Below, in pieces: positions 37,771 to 46,907 of a stretch of DNA of 64,000 nucleotides; position 1 is the stretch's first letter, and each line of letters starts with the position of its first letter. Where the stretch lies: the NCBI GenBank assembly GCA_045655705.1, contig JAZOPU010000119.1, positions 1,013-65,012 of the forward strand, in the 5' to 3' direction. Source of the stretch: Candidatus Scatosoma sp. GTDB taxonomy: Bacteria; Bacillota; Clostridia; Christensenellales; Borkfalkiaceae. The notes under the pieces were generated by a model, which saw only the letters and a program-made list of their open reading frames with translations, did not search any database and had not been told where the DNA came from. A program made the translations under genes and the position numbers.

Positions 37771-39846
37771 ATGGAATTTGTCATTGCTAAAAGCGGGGGA
37801 TTTTGTCGGGGGGTGGAAAAAGCCGTCCACACCGCACTTTCCATTCAGCCCGATAATACCTATATTTTCGGGGAGATCATACACAATCCGAGCGTCGTAT
37901 CGAAAATCACGGCGCGGGGGATTGTTACGGTAGAAAACTTGGAAGACGTTCCGCAAAATTCGACTTTGATTATCCGTTCCCACGGCGTGGGGGAAGCGGT
38001 GTATGCGGAATGTGCGCGTCGGAATATTCGGGTGGTGGATTGTACGTGCGAGTTCGTTCGCCGCACGCAAAAAATAATTCGTGATAAATATCGAGCAGGA
38101 AAAGCGATTGTGATTGTTGGGGAAAAGACGCACCCAGAGGTTATCGGCTTAAACGGTTGGTGTGATGGGACTGCCTACGTTTTTTCTTCGGAAAACGAAG
38201 ATTTTTCAATTTTACCCCAAAAAGAGTGCTGTGTAGTCGCGCAAACGACCTATTCAAAGGAAAAATTTGAAAAAATTATAAAAAATCTTACCAATACAAG
38301 GGGAAAAACAGTTGAAGTTTTTCAAACAATTTGCTATACTACTATAGGACGGCAAAATGAAGCAAGCGAAATTGCGCGCCAATGTGACGCTGTGCTTGTA
38401 ATCGGTGGGCTGAATAGTAGTAATACCAATAAGCTCTACGATATTTGCAAAGCGCATTGTGCAAACGTATTTCGATTGTCGAGTGCTGCCGATCTGCAAT
38501 ATAAAACAATCAAAAGATTTAAAAAGGTAGGCATTGTTACGGGTGCAAGCACCCCTAACGCGGAAACTCAGGAGGTTCTCTTAAAAATGGAAATGGAAAC
38601 AGAAGCAAAGGCAACGATGGAAGAAGTTGTTGCGAACATGGACTCTCAACCGAGATTTAGAAAAGGTCAACTTATCACGGCCACGATTTCTTCGGCTGAC
38701 GACACGGGCGTTCAAGTATTACTTCCCAACACGAAAAAAGAAGTAATGCTCGATAAGGATGAAGTAGATTGCGAAGTGTATAACAAAGAAGACTTCGCTT
38801 CAAAAACGGGGGATGAAATTGAACTTATGGTAATCGCAGTAACCCCTCGCGTAGTTCTTTCTCAAAAGCAAATCAAGGCTGTGAAAGAAGAAGAAGCTAT
38901 GATCGCGCAAATCCAATCGGGTAAAGATTTTGAAGTCGTATGTACGGGTAGCAATAAGGGCGGTTTGACCGCACAACTTGGCTCGTATACGGTTTTCGTT
39001 CCCGCTCGCGAGATTCGTCCTGGATACGTAAAAGAGCTTGAAAAATACGTAGGCAAGAAATTGCGTTTGCGTTTGCTTGAACTTAAATCGGAAAGAAGAA
39101 AAGAAATCATTGCTTCTCAACGCGTAATTCTCGAAGAAGAAAGAGCGGCAAAAGAAGCTGCAAAAGCGGCAAAAGAAGCGGCGTTCTTCGCATCTATCAA
39201 CGTTGACGACGTTGTGGAAGGTAAAGTGGAAAGAATTACGTCTTTTGGTGCGTTCGTTTCCGTAAACGGTTTTGATTGCCTTGCACACGTTTCCGATTTG
39301 TCTTGGACTGGCGTGAAGTCGGTTGCGGACGTTTTGGAAATCGGTCAAAAGTATGAATTTAAAGTGCTTAAAATCGACGAAGAAGCAAAGAAAGTTTCCA
39401 TCGGTTATAAACAGCTTCAACCCCAACCTTGGGATCTTGCTGCGGAAAAATACGCTGAAGGTGACGTTATCCACGGTAAGGTGGTAAGAATCGTGCCTTT
39501 CGGTGCATTCGTTGAAGTGGAAAAAGGTATCGACGGTTTGGTACACGTTTCTCAAATTTCGCACGAATTCTTGGAAAACCCGACCACCGTTTTGTCGATT
39601 GGTCAAGAAATCGACGCGAAAATTCTCAAACTCGATCCCGAAGAAAGAAAGATGACGCTTTCTATCAAAGCGCTTGAACCCAAGCCTGAAAACGTGGAAA
39701 GAAAACCCAGAGCGAAAGCGGAAGAGGGCGAAGTGAAAGAAAAAGGCAAGAAAGCAAAAGCGGCGAAACCCGTTGACGACGTAACCGAATGGAGCGAAAG
39801 CGATGGTCAAGGCGCATCTATTGCTGATTTGCTTAATTTGAAATAA
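37771..39846 (+). CDS. ispH: Bifunctional 4-hydroxy-3-methylbut-2-enyl diphosphate reductase / ribosomal protein S1-like
   Basis: N-terminal IspH (GFCRGVEKAV, SHGV, VDCTCEFV, NSSNTNKL). About four S1 OB-fold repeats follow (GKVERITSFGAFV, HGKVVRIVPFGAFVEV) with a Lys/Glu-rich tail. Confidence 0.9.
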   Translation: MEFVIAKSGGFCRGVEKAVHTALSIQPDNTYIFGEIIHNPSVVSKITARGIVTVENLEDVPQNSTLIIRSHGVGEAVYAECARRNIRVVDCTCEFVRRTQKIIRDKYRAGKAIVIVGEKTHPEVIGLNGWCDGTAYVFSSENEDFSILPQKECCVVAQTTYSKEKFEKIIKNLTNTRGKTVEVFQTICYTTIGRQNEASEIARQCDAVLVIGGLNSSNTNKLYDICKAHCANVFRLSSAADLQYKTIKRFKKVGIVTGASTPNAETQEVLLKMEMETEAKATMEEVVANMDSQPRFRKGQLITATISSADDTGVQVLLPNTKKEVMLDKDEVDCEVYNKEDFASKTGDEIELMVIAVTPRVVLSQKQIKAVKEEEAMIAQIQSGKDFEVVCTGSNKGGLTAQLGSYTVFVPAREIRPGYVKELEKYVGKKLRLRLLELKSERRKEIIASQRVILEEERAAKEAAKAAKEAAFFASINVDDVVEGKVERITSFGAFVSVNGFDCLAHVSDLSWTGVKSVADVLEIGQKYEFKVLKIDEEAKKVSIGYKQLQPQPWDLAAEKYAEGDVIHGKVVRIVPFGAFVEVEKGIDGLVHVSQISHEFLENPTTVLSIGQEIDAKILKLDPEERKMTLSIKALEPKPENVERKPRAKAEEGEVKEKGKKAKAAKPVDDVTEWSESDGQGASIADLLNLK

Positions 39847-39887
39847 TACTCCTGATTTTTTCTATAAATAATACCAAAAAATATAAA

Positions 39888-39924
39888 AAGTCTGCTTAAT
39901 TTACGATTAAAAGCAGGCTTTTTT
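39888..39924 (+). terminator. Intrinsic terminator
   Basis: AAGTCTGCTT (39888-39897) pairs with AAGCAGGCTT (39911-39920), then TTTT. Confidence 0.7.
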
Positions 39925-39974
39925 GTTTATATATAAGTATTGAAATTATACAGCTTACCAAAGGAGATATAACA

Positions 39975-41801
39975 ATGCAAAAACAAGGCAATATCAAAAT
40001 TTCCAGCGAAAATATGATGCCAATCATTAAAAAATGGTTGTATTCGGATAAAGATATTTTTCTGCGTGAAATCGTAGCGAACGGCGTGGACGCGATCACG
40101 AAACATAAAAAGCTCGTGGAAATGGGCGAAGCGGAAAAGGACGATAAGGCGTATAAAATTACGGTTACCGTTGATGAAAAAGCAAAAACGCTTACGGTAG
40201 AAGACAACGGTATTGGTATGACGGCGGAAGAAGTGGAGAAATATATCACACAAATCGCTTTTTCCGGTGCAAATGATTTCTTGGAAAAATATGAGAAAGC
40301 GTCGGGCGACGGTATTATCGGGCATTTCGGGCTTGGTTTTTATTCCGCGTATATGGTTTCGGACAACGTTGAAATTTACACCAAGAGTTATAAAAACGAA
40401 CCTGCGGTAAAGTGGGAATCGGACGGCAATTCCACGTACACCATTTCCGAAACGGATAAATCAGAGCGTGGAACGAAGATTGTTATGCACGTTTCCAAAG
40501 ACGAAAAGGAGTTCTTGAAAGAATCCACGATTAGGGAATTGTTGCGCAAATATTGTTCGTTTATGCCTTTTGAAATTTATCTCAACCCCAAAGGCGACGA
40601 TAAAGATAAGGCAATCAATAACACCACGCCTTTATATTTAAAAGATCCCAAAGAATGTACGGAAGAAGAATATAAAAATTTCTACCGCGATACGTTTATG
40701 GATTTCAACGAGCCGTTGTTTTGGATTCATTTGAATATGGAATATCCGTTCCGTTTGAAAGGTATTTTGTATTTCCCGCAAATCAAAAAACAACAAGTAC
40801 AGCTTGAAAAAGGGCAAGTGAAGCTTTATTGCAATCAAGTATTTATTGCCGATAATATAAAAGAAGTTATTCCTGAATTTTTAATGCTTTTGAACGGTGT
40901 TATTGATTGTCCCGATATTCCGCTCAACGTATCGAGAAGCTTCTTGCAAAACGATAAGCAGGTTCAAAAAATTTCTAAACATATCACGAAAAAGGTAGCG
41001 GATAAGCTCAATTCCCTGTTTAACAACGACAAAGAACGTTTTGAAAACTGCTGGAAAGATATCGCAACTTTTATCAAATTCGGTTGTATTAAAGAAGAAG
41101 ATTTCTACAACAAAGTTGAAAAACTGATTATCTTTAAGAACTTGCAAGGCGAATATAAGAGCGTAAGCGAATATTTCGGAGAAGAAATCGCCGATTCGGA
41201 CTTGGAAAAGGGTGTGCAACCCAAAGCCGTGTATTACGTATCCGACGAAGTACAACAGGCACAATATATCGCCATGTTTAAAGACGCGGGCTTGGACGCA
41301 ATCGTGTGCGATACGTATATTGATCCACATTTTATCAGTTTTCTTGAATATAAAAACGCGAAAAAGTGCCGTTTTGTACGCATTGACGCGGATATAGACG
41401 GCGCATTGAAAGGCGAAAATAGTGAAAATACTGACAATACCCAGCTGATTGAAACGTTTAAAAAGCACCTTGTCAATAAAGATATTACAGTAAAAACCGA
41501 AGCGTTTAAAACGGGAAAAATTCCTGCGGTTGTCAACGTGGACGAGTTTATGCGCCGTATGTCGGAAATGAACGGATTTTACGGTATGGGGGAAGTAGAC
41601 CCGAGTAAGAACGCAACGCTGGTAGTCAACCTTACCAACCCCGTCGTATCTTCGATTTTAAAACAAACGGAAGAAAAACAAGCCCTGATTGTAAATCAAA
41701 TTTATTATTTGGCTATGCTTTCTTATAAAAAGCTTTCTCCCGAAGAACTTTCCGATTTCGTGAATAAAACGACGGAAATGTTGTTCGACTATACAAAATA
41801 A
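39975..41801 (+). CDS. htpG: Molecular chaperone HtpG (Hsp90)
   Basis: GHKL motifs FLREIVANGVDA, DNGIGM, GHFGLGFYS. 608 aa. Confidence 0.92.
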   Translation: MQKQGNIKISSENMMPIIKKWLYSDKDIFLREIVANGVDAITKHKKLVEMGEAEKDDKAYKITVTVDEKAKTLTVEDNGIGMTAEEVEKYITQIAFSGANDFLEKYEKASGDGIIGHFGLGFYSAYMVSDNVEIYTKSYKNEPAVKWESDGNSTYTISETDKSERGTKIVMHVSKDEKEFLKESTIRELLRKYCSFMPFEIYLNPKGDDKDKAINNTTPLYLKDPKECTEEEYKNFYRDTFMDFNEPLFWIHLNMEYPFRLKGILYFPQIKKQQVQLEKGQVKLYCNQVFIADNIKEVIPEFLMLLNGVIDCPDIPLNVSRSFLQNDKQVQKISKHITKKVADKLNSLFNNDKERFENCWKDIATFIKFGCIKEEDFYNKVEKLIIFKNLQGEYKSVSEYFGEEIADSDLEKGVQPKAVYYVSDEVQQAQYIAMFKDAGLDAIVCDTYIDPHFISFLEYKNAKKCRFVRIDADIDGALKGENSENTDNTQLIETFKKHLVNKDITVKTEAFKTGKIPAVVNVDEFMRRMSEMNGFYGMGEVDPSKNATLVVNLTNPVVSSILKQTEEKQALIVNQIYYLAMLSYKKLSPEELSDFVNKTTEMLFDYTK

Positions 41802-41821
41802 TATATCCAAAAAACAAACGG

Positions 41822-41846
41822 AAAACGCCTTGAAAAAGGCGTTTTT
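41822..41846 (+). terminator. Intrinsic terminator
   Basis: AAAACGCCTT (41822-41831), GAAA loop, AAGGCGTTTT (41836-41845), then a T. Confidence 0.8.
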
Positions 41847-41885
41847 CTCGTTCTATTTACTTATTAGCAAACATATAATATACAA

Positions 41886-42743
41886 ATGCTTGAATTTCTA
41901 CCACAAAGCGTGAAAGACGCCATAAGACACCTAAATGCGAACAAGCTCTATGAAATAAGATTGCGCGCAGAAAAGCCCATAACCGTCAATTATGCGGGAA
42001 TATATAGATATTTAGGGGCTTACGGTATTACTGATTACGCGGAAAAATCCTTAAAACCCACCAAAACGGATATTGCGGATTGCGTTTTCAAAGCAGGGAA
42101 ATATTCTTTATATTCCGTGGAAGAACAAATACGGAAAGGATTTTTAACGACGGAAAAGGGTGTGCGCATTGGTTTAGCGGGAGAATACGTCTTTGAAAAA
42201 GGACAACCTTTTGTTATTCGGGATTTTTCTTCGCTGTGTATACGTATACCGCATTCAATCATTGGCAGTGGTGAGCAAATATATAATAGTTGTATGCGTG
42301 ACAAAGTACGCAGTATACTTATTTCTTCTCCGCCTGGGGTGGGCAAAACAACGATTTTGCGGGATTTAACACGTATTGTTAGCGATAAGACCAAGAAAAA
42401 TATCTTGATTTGCGACGAACGCGGGGAAATCGCACAAGATGACGTGGGGGAAACGACGGACGTTTTACGCTTTTGTGATAAAAAAACGGCTTTTGAAGCA
42501 GGCATACGCGCTATGCGACCTGATATTATCGTAACTGACGAGCTTGGAATAGAAGATTGCAAAGCGGTAGAGCGGGCGATTTTTGCGGGGATTTGCGTGT
42601 TTGCATCGGCGCATATTTCAAAAATGAGCGCTTTAAAGCAACCGTTTTTCGGTTTGTTTTCCAGGTACGTTTTTCTAAAAACGGAAAGTTTGGGGAAAAT
42701 TGAAAGTATTTACGACGAAGAAGGCAGGGGATTAACGTGTTAA
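41886..42743 (+). CDS. spoIIIAA: Stage III sporulation protein AA (AAA+ ATPase)
   Basis: Collinear with B. subtilis SpoIIIAA as I recall it: LPQSVKDAI, EIRLRAEKP, Walker A SPPGVGKTT, ICDERGEI, IIVTDELG. No Shine-Dalgarno upstream. Confidence 0.9.
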   Translation: MLEFLPQSVKDAIRHLNANKLYEIRLRAEKPITVNYAGIYRYLGAYGITDYAEKSLKPTKTDIADCVFKAGKYSLYSVEEQIRKGFLTTEKGVRIGLAGEYVFEKGQPFVIRDFSSLCIRIPHSIIGSGEQIYNSCMRDKVRSILISSPPGVGKTTILRDLTRIVSDKTKKNILICDERGEIAQDDVGETTDVLRFCDKKTAFEAGIRAMRPDIIVTDELGIEDCKAVERAIFAGICVFASAHISKMSALKQPFFGLFSRYVFLKTESLGKIESIYDEEGRGLTC

Positions 42744-43231
42744 AAGTCGTTTTTGGCGTTGCAATCGTGGCGTTTGGTACGTTTTGCGGATATATCTTCA
42801 CAAAAAAATATAGGCGAAGAAAAAGCTTTTTCGTTCAACTGTATGAGTTTAACGAACGGTTTATCAACGAAATATCCTATTATCGCCGTCCGCTTATAGA
42901 ATTTTCTTCCACGTTTGTGTATAAAGGCGAATTTCAAGTATGTTTGCAAACGTTCTTTCATAGTATGAATAACGGCGTGCCTTTTTTAGCGGACGGGTTG
43001 GACAAAGACGTTTTCTACTTTTTGACAAGTGAAGAAAAGACGACTTTACAAGATTATTTCCAAATGCTCGGGAAAGGGGATAGCACTTCGCAAAAAGCAT
43101 ATTTTTCGTCTGTGAAAGAACGCTTATCCAAGCTACAAACGGAAGCGGTATCCGCTTGTAAAAAGTACGGCGATTTGTATATAAAGCTTGGATTTTTATG
43201 CGGTTTATTCATTTTAATATTAATGCTGTAA
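42737..43231 (+). CDS. spoIIIAB: Stage III sporulation protein AB
   Basis: Position in the operon, N-terminal TM helix, size, and a C-terminal TM helix. GTG start overlaps spoIIIAA. Confidence 0.75.
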   Translation: MLKVVFGVAIVAFGTFCGYIFTKKYRRRKSFFVQLYEFNERFINEISYYRRPLIEFSSTFVYKGEFQVCLQTFFHSMNNGVPFLADGLDKDVFYFLTSEEKTTLQDYFQMLGKGDSTSQKAYFSSVKERLSKLQTEAVSACKKYGDLYIKLGFLCGLFILILML

Positions 43232-43249
43232 GGTTGGAGTTTTTGACTT

Positions 43250-43447
43250 ATGGATATTAGCATACTTTTTAAAATGGCGGCAATTGGCATTATCATTACG
43301 GTGATTTGTCAAATACTCAAAAAATCCGATCGCGACGATATTGCAACGCTTGTTTCTATCGTCGGGCTTGTGATCGTTTTGGCGGTTGCCGTGGGTATGA
43401 TTGGAGATTTGTTTTCGCAAATACAAACGATTTTTGGGCTATCGTAG
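43250..43447 (+). CDS. spoIIIAC: Stage III sporulation protein AC
   Basis: 65-aa two-TM protein, FKMAAIGIIITVICQILKKSDRDD, typical of AC. Confidence 0.85.
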   Translation: MDISILFKMAAIGIIITVICQILKKSDRDDIATLVSIVGLVIVLAVAVGMIGDLFSQIQTIFGLS

Positions 43448-43465
43448 ATAAATTAAGGGGTTTTT

Positions 43466-43858
43466 ATGGATATATTCAAGATTATCGGCGTGGCGTTTAT
43501 CACGACCTTTTCCACGGCGCTTTTAAAGCCGACAAAACCCGAATTGTCTTTTGCCGTAACGGTTACGGGCGTTATCGTTATGTTATTTTTAATCGTAGAC
43601 GCTCTGCAAAATACGCTCACCGTATTTTCTACGATCGCGCAAATGACGGGGGTAGAAAACGGGCTTTTGAAAATACTTTTAAAAATCGTGGGCGTGGGCT
43701 ATCTCACGGAATTTGGGGCGGGACTTTTAAACGATTTTGGCAGTAGTTCCGTTGCGGACAAAGTGGTGCTTGGCGGAAAAATCACCATCGTGCTTTTGTC
43801 TATGCCCGTAATTGAAAGTTTATTACAACTCGTGCGAGGTTTTTTACAATTGGTATGA
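43466..43858 (+). CDS. spoIIIAD: Stage III sporulation protein AD
   Basis: 130-aa polytopic protein, IIGVAFITTF...GVGYLTEF, with the expected size and operon position. Confidence 0.85.
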   Translation: MDIFKIIGVAFITTFSTALLKPTKPELSFAVTVTGVIVMLFLIVDALQNTLTVFSTIAQMTGVENGLLKILLKIVGVGYLTEFGAGLLNDFGSSSVADKVVLGGKITIVLLSMPVIESLLQLVRGFLQLV

Positions 43859-45045
43859 GCACACCCAAAAAAGCTTGGCTACTTATTTTAATTTTCATAA
43901 GTTTATGCATTTTTTTCTTGCCCAGGACAATCCCTAAAAAACAAGCTTGCGCCCAAGAAAAAACGACCGCGGAAGAAACCCTACACGATCAAGCGGAGAA
44001 GCTTTTAGAAGAACTTGATTTGGAAGGATTACAAAAGTATATTCAGTCCTTAGACGGTTGGGCAGGGGAAAACGTAACGGAGCGTTTGCTTGCGTATATC
44101 AAAGGCGAGAACTTCGATTACAACGCTTTTGGTATGCAAATTCGAGAAATACTTTTTCGGAACGTGCGGGAAATATTGCCCTCTTTTGCTTGTATTGCCG
44201 CGATTGCGCTTTTGTCGGGCGTTATTTCAGGTCTAAAAAGCGGAACGGCGGGCGCGGCTTCGTCGAATATGATTTTTCTAATCAGTTACGCCGCCGCTTT
44301 GATCCCGCTTTTGAGTGTTTTAACTGAATGTTTTTTAGTTAGCTTGAACGCGGTGCAGGCAATGCAAAAACAAATGCAACTTACCTTTCCGCTTTTACTC
44401 ACGCTCATGGCGGCAAGCGGGGGAACGGTAACCGTTTCGGTGTGTCGTCCTGCCGTCGCGTTTTTCTCTACGAGTATCGTTTCCACCGTTTCTTCCGTGG
44501 TTTTTCCGCTTACCGTAACGATTATTGCCTTTTCTATTGCAGGGAATTTGACAAAAGAGTTGAAAATCAGTAAATTTAGCGCGTTTTTTAAAAGTATCAA
44601 TAAATGGATTATAGGGATTTGTATTTCCGTATTCGGGATATTTTTCACGTTGCAGGGGATAACGGCGGCTGCGTACGACGGCGTGGTGCGTAGAGCGGCG
44701 AAATACGCAATCGGGAACGGCATACCTATCGTCGGCGGTTTTTTATCGGGCGGGTTCGATCTTGCCGTGGCAGGGAGCATACTGATAAAAAATTCACTTG
44801 GCAGTATGAGTATTTTTCTTATGATCAGCGTGTTGTTCGAGCCGTTGATTTTGTTGGTATCGGTAAACGTTCTATTGCGTTTTACCGCTGCAATCACGCA
44901 ACCGTTCGGGGATAGTCGTATTTCCGATTTTTTAGGGGAAACGGCGGATAATTTGCATTATTGCACGGCAGGACTGCTTTTTACCGCGTTTATGTATTTC
45001 CTAACGATAATGCTACTGATTACGTCCACGGAGGCGTTGCTGTGA
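43855..45045 (+). CDS. spoIIIAE: Stage III sporulation protein AE
   Basis: 396 aa. Signal/TM segment, a soluble segment, then about seven TM helices. Operon position fits. Confidence 0.85.
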   Translation: MSTPKKAWLLILIFISLCIFFLPRTIPKKQACAQEKTTAEETLHDQAEKLLEELDLEGLQKYIQSLDGWAGENVTERLLAYIKGENFDYNAFGMQIREILFRNVREILPSFACIAAIALLSGVISGLKSGTAGAASSNMIFLISYAAALIPLLSVLTECFLVSLNAVQAMQKQMQLTFPLLLTLMAASGGTVTVSVCRPAVAFFSTSIVSTVSSVVFPLTVTIIAFSIAGNLTKELKISKFSAFFKSINKWIIGICISVFGIFFTLQGITAAAYDGVVRRAAKYAIGNGIPIVGGFLSGGFDLAVAGSILIKNSLGSMSIFLMISVLFEPLILLVSVNVLLRFTAAITQPFGDSRISDFLGETADNLHYCTAGLLFTAFMYFLTIMLLITSTEALL

Positions 45046-45503
45046 ATATTGATAAGTATCTTCTTTCCGTGGTGGGTACGATATTGCTTGGTGCGGTACT
45101 GACGGCGATTATTCCCGAAGGGAAAACGGCGGGGATTGTTCGCAGTATGACCAAGCTTGTATGCCTACTCGTTATCATTTCTCCTATTTTATCCTATCTT
45201 TCGTCGGAAAAAGCAGTGGGAAAAGAAAAGAATTTTACACAATCAGTCATACAAACGGACGAGTCGTTCATACAGTATTACAGTGAATTGAGAGTGGAGC
45301 AAGCCGAAAAAGCGATTGCGGAAGCATTGAAACAAGAATTTAGCGTGGATTGCGGGGTTCGGTTAGACTGGCTGTTAAAAGAAGAACAAATACAAATCAC
45401 CAAAATATGCGTGCGGACGCAAGAAGCTTGCGATAAGGAGGTGAAATCGCGTATGTGCGAATACCTGATAGAAAACTATTGTAGCGAGGTGTTGCTTGAA
45501 TAA
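45042..45503 (+). CDS. spoIIIAF: Stage III sporulation protein AF
   Basis: GTG 45042 overlaps the AE stop (GTGA). VNIDKYLLSVVGTILLGAVLTAIIPEG, then a second TM helix and a soluble domain. The ORF-track start at 44961 lies inside AE. Confidence 0.75.
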   Translation: MNIDKYLLSVVGTILLGAVLTAIIPEGKTAGIVRSMTKLVCLLVIISPILSYLSSEKAVGKEKNFTQSVIQTDESFIQYYSELRVEQAEKAIAEALKQEFSVDCGVRLDWLLKEEQIQITKICVRTQEACDKEVKSRMCEYLIENYCSEVLLE

Positions 45504-45885
45504 ATTTGTTCAACAAAATACGCGTGGAGAAGAAAGACGGCTTTTTAAAAGCGGTAAAATCAAAGAGATCGTATTGCTTGGGATATTAGGCGTTGCCTTG
45601 ATTTTCGGCGCGTGGAAGATATTTTACAGTGAGAAAAACACGACGGCTTTAAAGCAGGCGTCGCAAACGGATAGCGAAGAAAAGATTAGCCGACTGTTGG
45701 AAGAAATAGACGGTGTGGGCGACGCCAGCGTTATCATTTGTCAAACGGAAAACGGCGTAGAAGGCGCGGTGGTGGTGTGCGAAGGTGCAAACGACTTTTT
45801 TGTCGTTATGAAAGTGCGAGAAGCTGTTGCCGCGGCACTTGGTACAGAAGAAAAAGCAGTAAAAATTTATTTAAAAAAAGAGTAA
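45496..45885 (+). CDS. spoIIIAG: Stage III sporulation protein AG (short form)
   Basis: TTG start, one TM helix. Ring-building-motif-like C-terminus: IDGVGDASVII...GAVVVCEGANDFFVVMKVREAVAAALG...VKIYLKK. Confidence 0.75.
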   Translation: MNKFVQQNTRGEERRLFKSGKIKEIVLLGILGVALIFGAWKIFYSEKNTTALKQASQTDSEEKISRLLEEIDGVGDASVIICQTENGVEGAVVVCEGANDFFVVMKVREAVAAALGTEEKAVKIYLKKE

Positions 45886-45898
45886 AAGGAGAATAAAT

Positions 45899-46387
45899 AT
45901 GTCAAACAAAAAGAAAGTTATCGTAATGTCCTCGCTCGTCGCGTTGCTTGCGGCAACCGCGGTGTTTAATTTCGTGCTTGCAAACACGGAAACGGTTACC
46001 TCCGCAGAAGGGGAAATGACGACGGCAAACTATTTTACTACCTACCGTGCGGAACGCGCAACTACGCGTAACGAAGAGATTGTACAGCTCGATAGCGTTA
46101 TCGCGCTCTATGAAGAAGGCGACGAAAAATACGAAGCGGCAACGGAAATGAAAATGGAAATCGTAGCGGCAATGGAACAAGAACTTGTTTTGGAAAATAT
46201 GGTGAAATCGCTCGGCTTTTCCGACGCGGTAGTGTCCGTTTCGGTGGATTCCGACAACGTAAACGTGTTCATCAATTCCGCGGAGCTGAACTACGATACG
46301 GCGCTTTCTATCTATACTATGCTCAAAGAGGAAACGGGAATTGTTGCGGGGAATATCATAATTATGCCCGTTCACGCGGAAAGCTGA
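45899..46387 (+). CDS. spoIIIAH: Stage III sporulation protein AH
   Basis: N-terminal TM anchor plus a YscJ/FliF-like soluble domain. Last gene of the operon. Confidence 0.75.
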   Translation: MSNKKKVIVMSSLVALLAATAVFNFVLANTETVTSAEGEMTTANYFTTYRAERATTRNEEIVQLDSVIALYEEGDEKYEAATEMKMEIVAAMEQELVLENMVKSLGFSDAVVSVSVDSDNVNVFINSAELNYDTALSIYTMLKEETGIVAGNIIIMPVHAES

Positions 46388-46478
46388 AAAAAAACACAAG
46401 AAATTCAATTAAAACAGTAGAAATATTCAAAAAGATATGCTATAATATACCTGTAAGTTAAAAAGGAGATCTTTTTGA

Positions 46479-46853
46479 ATGTTCAATATCAAATTAAACG
46501 CAAAAGACGGTCAAGACGGAAAAGTCGTTTACAACGCGGGCATCGTGCATAATATCGTTGCGCTGGCGATCGGCGAAGTGGAAGGCGCGGTACTCGTGCA
46601 AGGCAAAAAGAACGGCATTTCGCTCTATTTGGAAAAAGACGGTATCTACGCAGACGTTTCCGTGGGCGTAAAGTATGGTTATAACGTTCCAGAACTTGCT
46701 TACCGTATTCAGCAATCGGTAAAGCAAAGCGTGGAGAATATGACCAAATATAAGGTCGCGGAAGTCAACGTACACGTTCGGGACGTGGATTTCTCCGTTG
46801 CGCCCACCGTTGAAAAAGAGGAAGAAGAACAAACGGGAGAAAACAATCAATAA
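46479..46853 (+). CDS. Asp23/Gls24 family envelope-stress protein
   Basis: IVHNIVALAIGEVEGA...GYNVPELAYRIQQSVKQSVENMT...VNVHVRDV. Confidence 0.85.
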   Translation: MFNIKLNAKDGQDGKVVYNAGIVHNIVALAIGEVEGAVLVQGKKNGISLYLEKDGIYADVSVGVKYGYNVPELAYRIQQSVKQSVENMTKYKVAEVNVHVRDVDFSVAPTVEKEEEEQTGENNQ

Positions 46854-46861
46854 ACTCGAAT

Positions 46862-46883
46862 ACCCCTTGCATAAAGGGGTTTT
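46862..46883 (+). terminator. Small intrinsic terminator or attenuator
   Basis: ACCCCTT (46862-46868), GCATA loop, AAGGGGT (46874-46880), then TTT. Confidence 0.5.
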
Positions 46884-46907
46884 CGTCGTATTAAAACGGA
46901 GTAAGAT

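Noticed and set aside
38800-39810. 336-aa minus-strand ORF inside the S1-repeat region.
   Set aside because: It is antisense to a strongly supported gene. Its composition is F/R/K-rich and low in complexity, as expected from reading a Lys/Glu/Ala-rich gene backwards. It has no RBS and no recognisable motif.
39925-39974. Heat-shock operators (CIRCE TTAGCACTC-N9-GAGTGCTAA, or CtsR repeats) upstream of htpG.
   Set aside because: Neither motif is present in the intergenic region.
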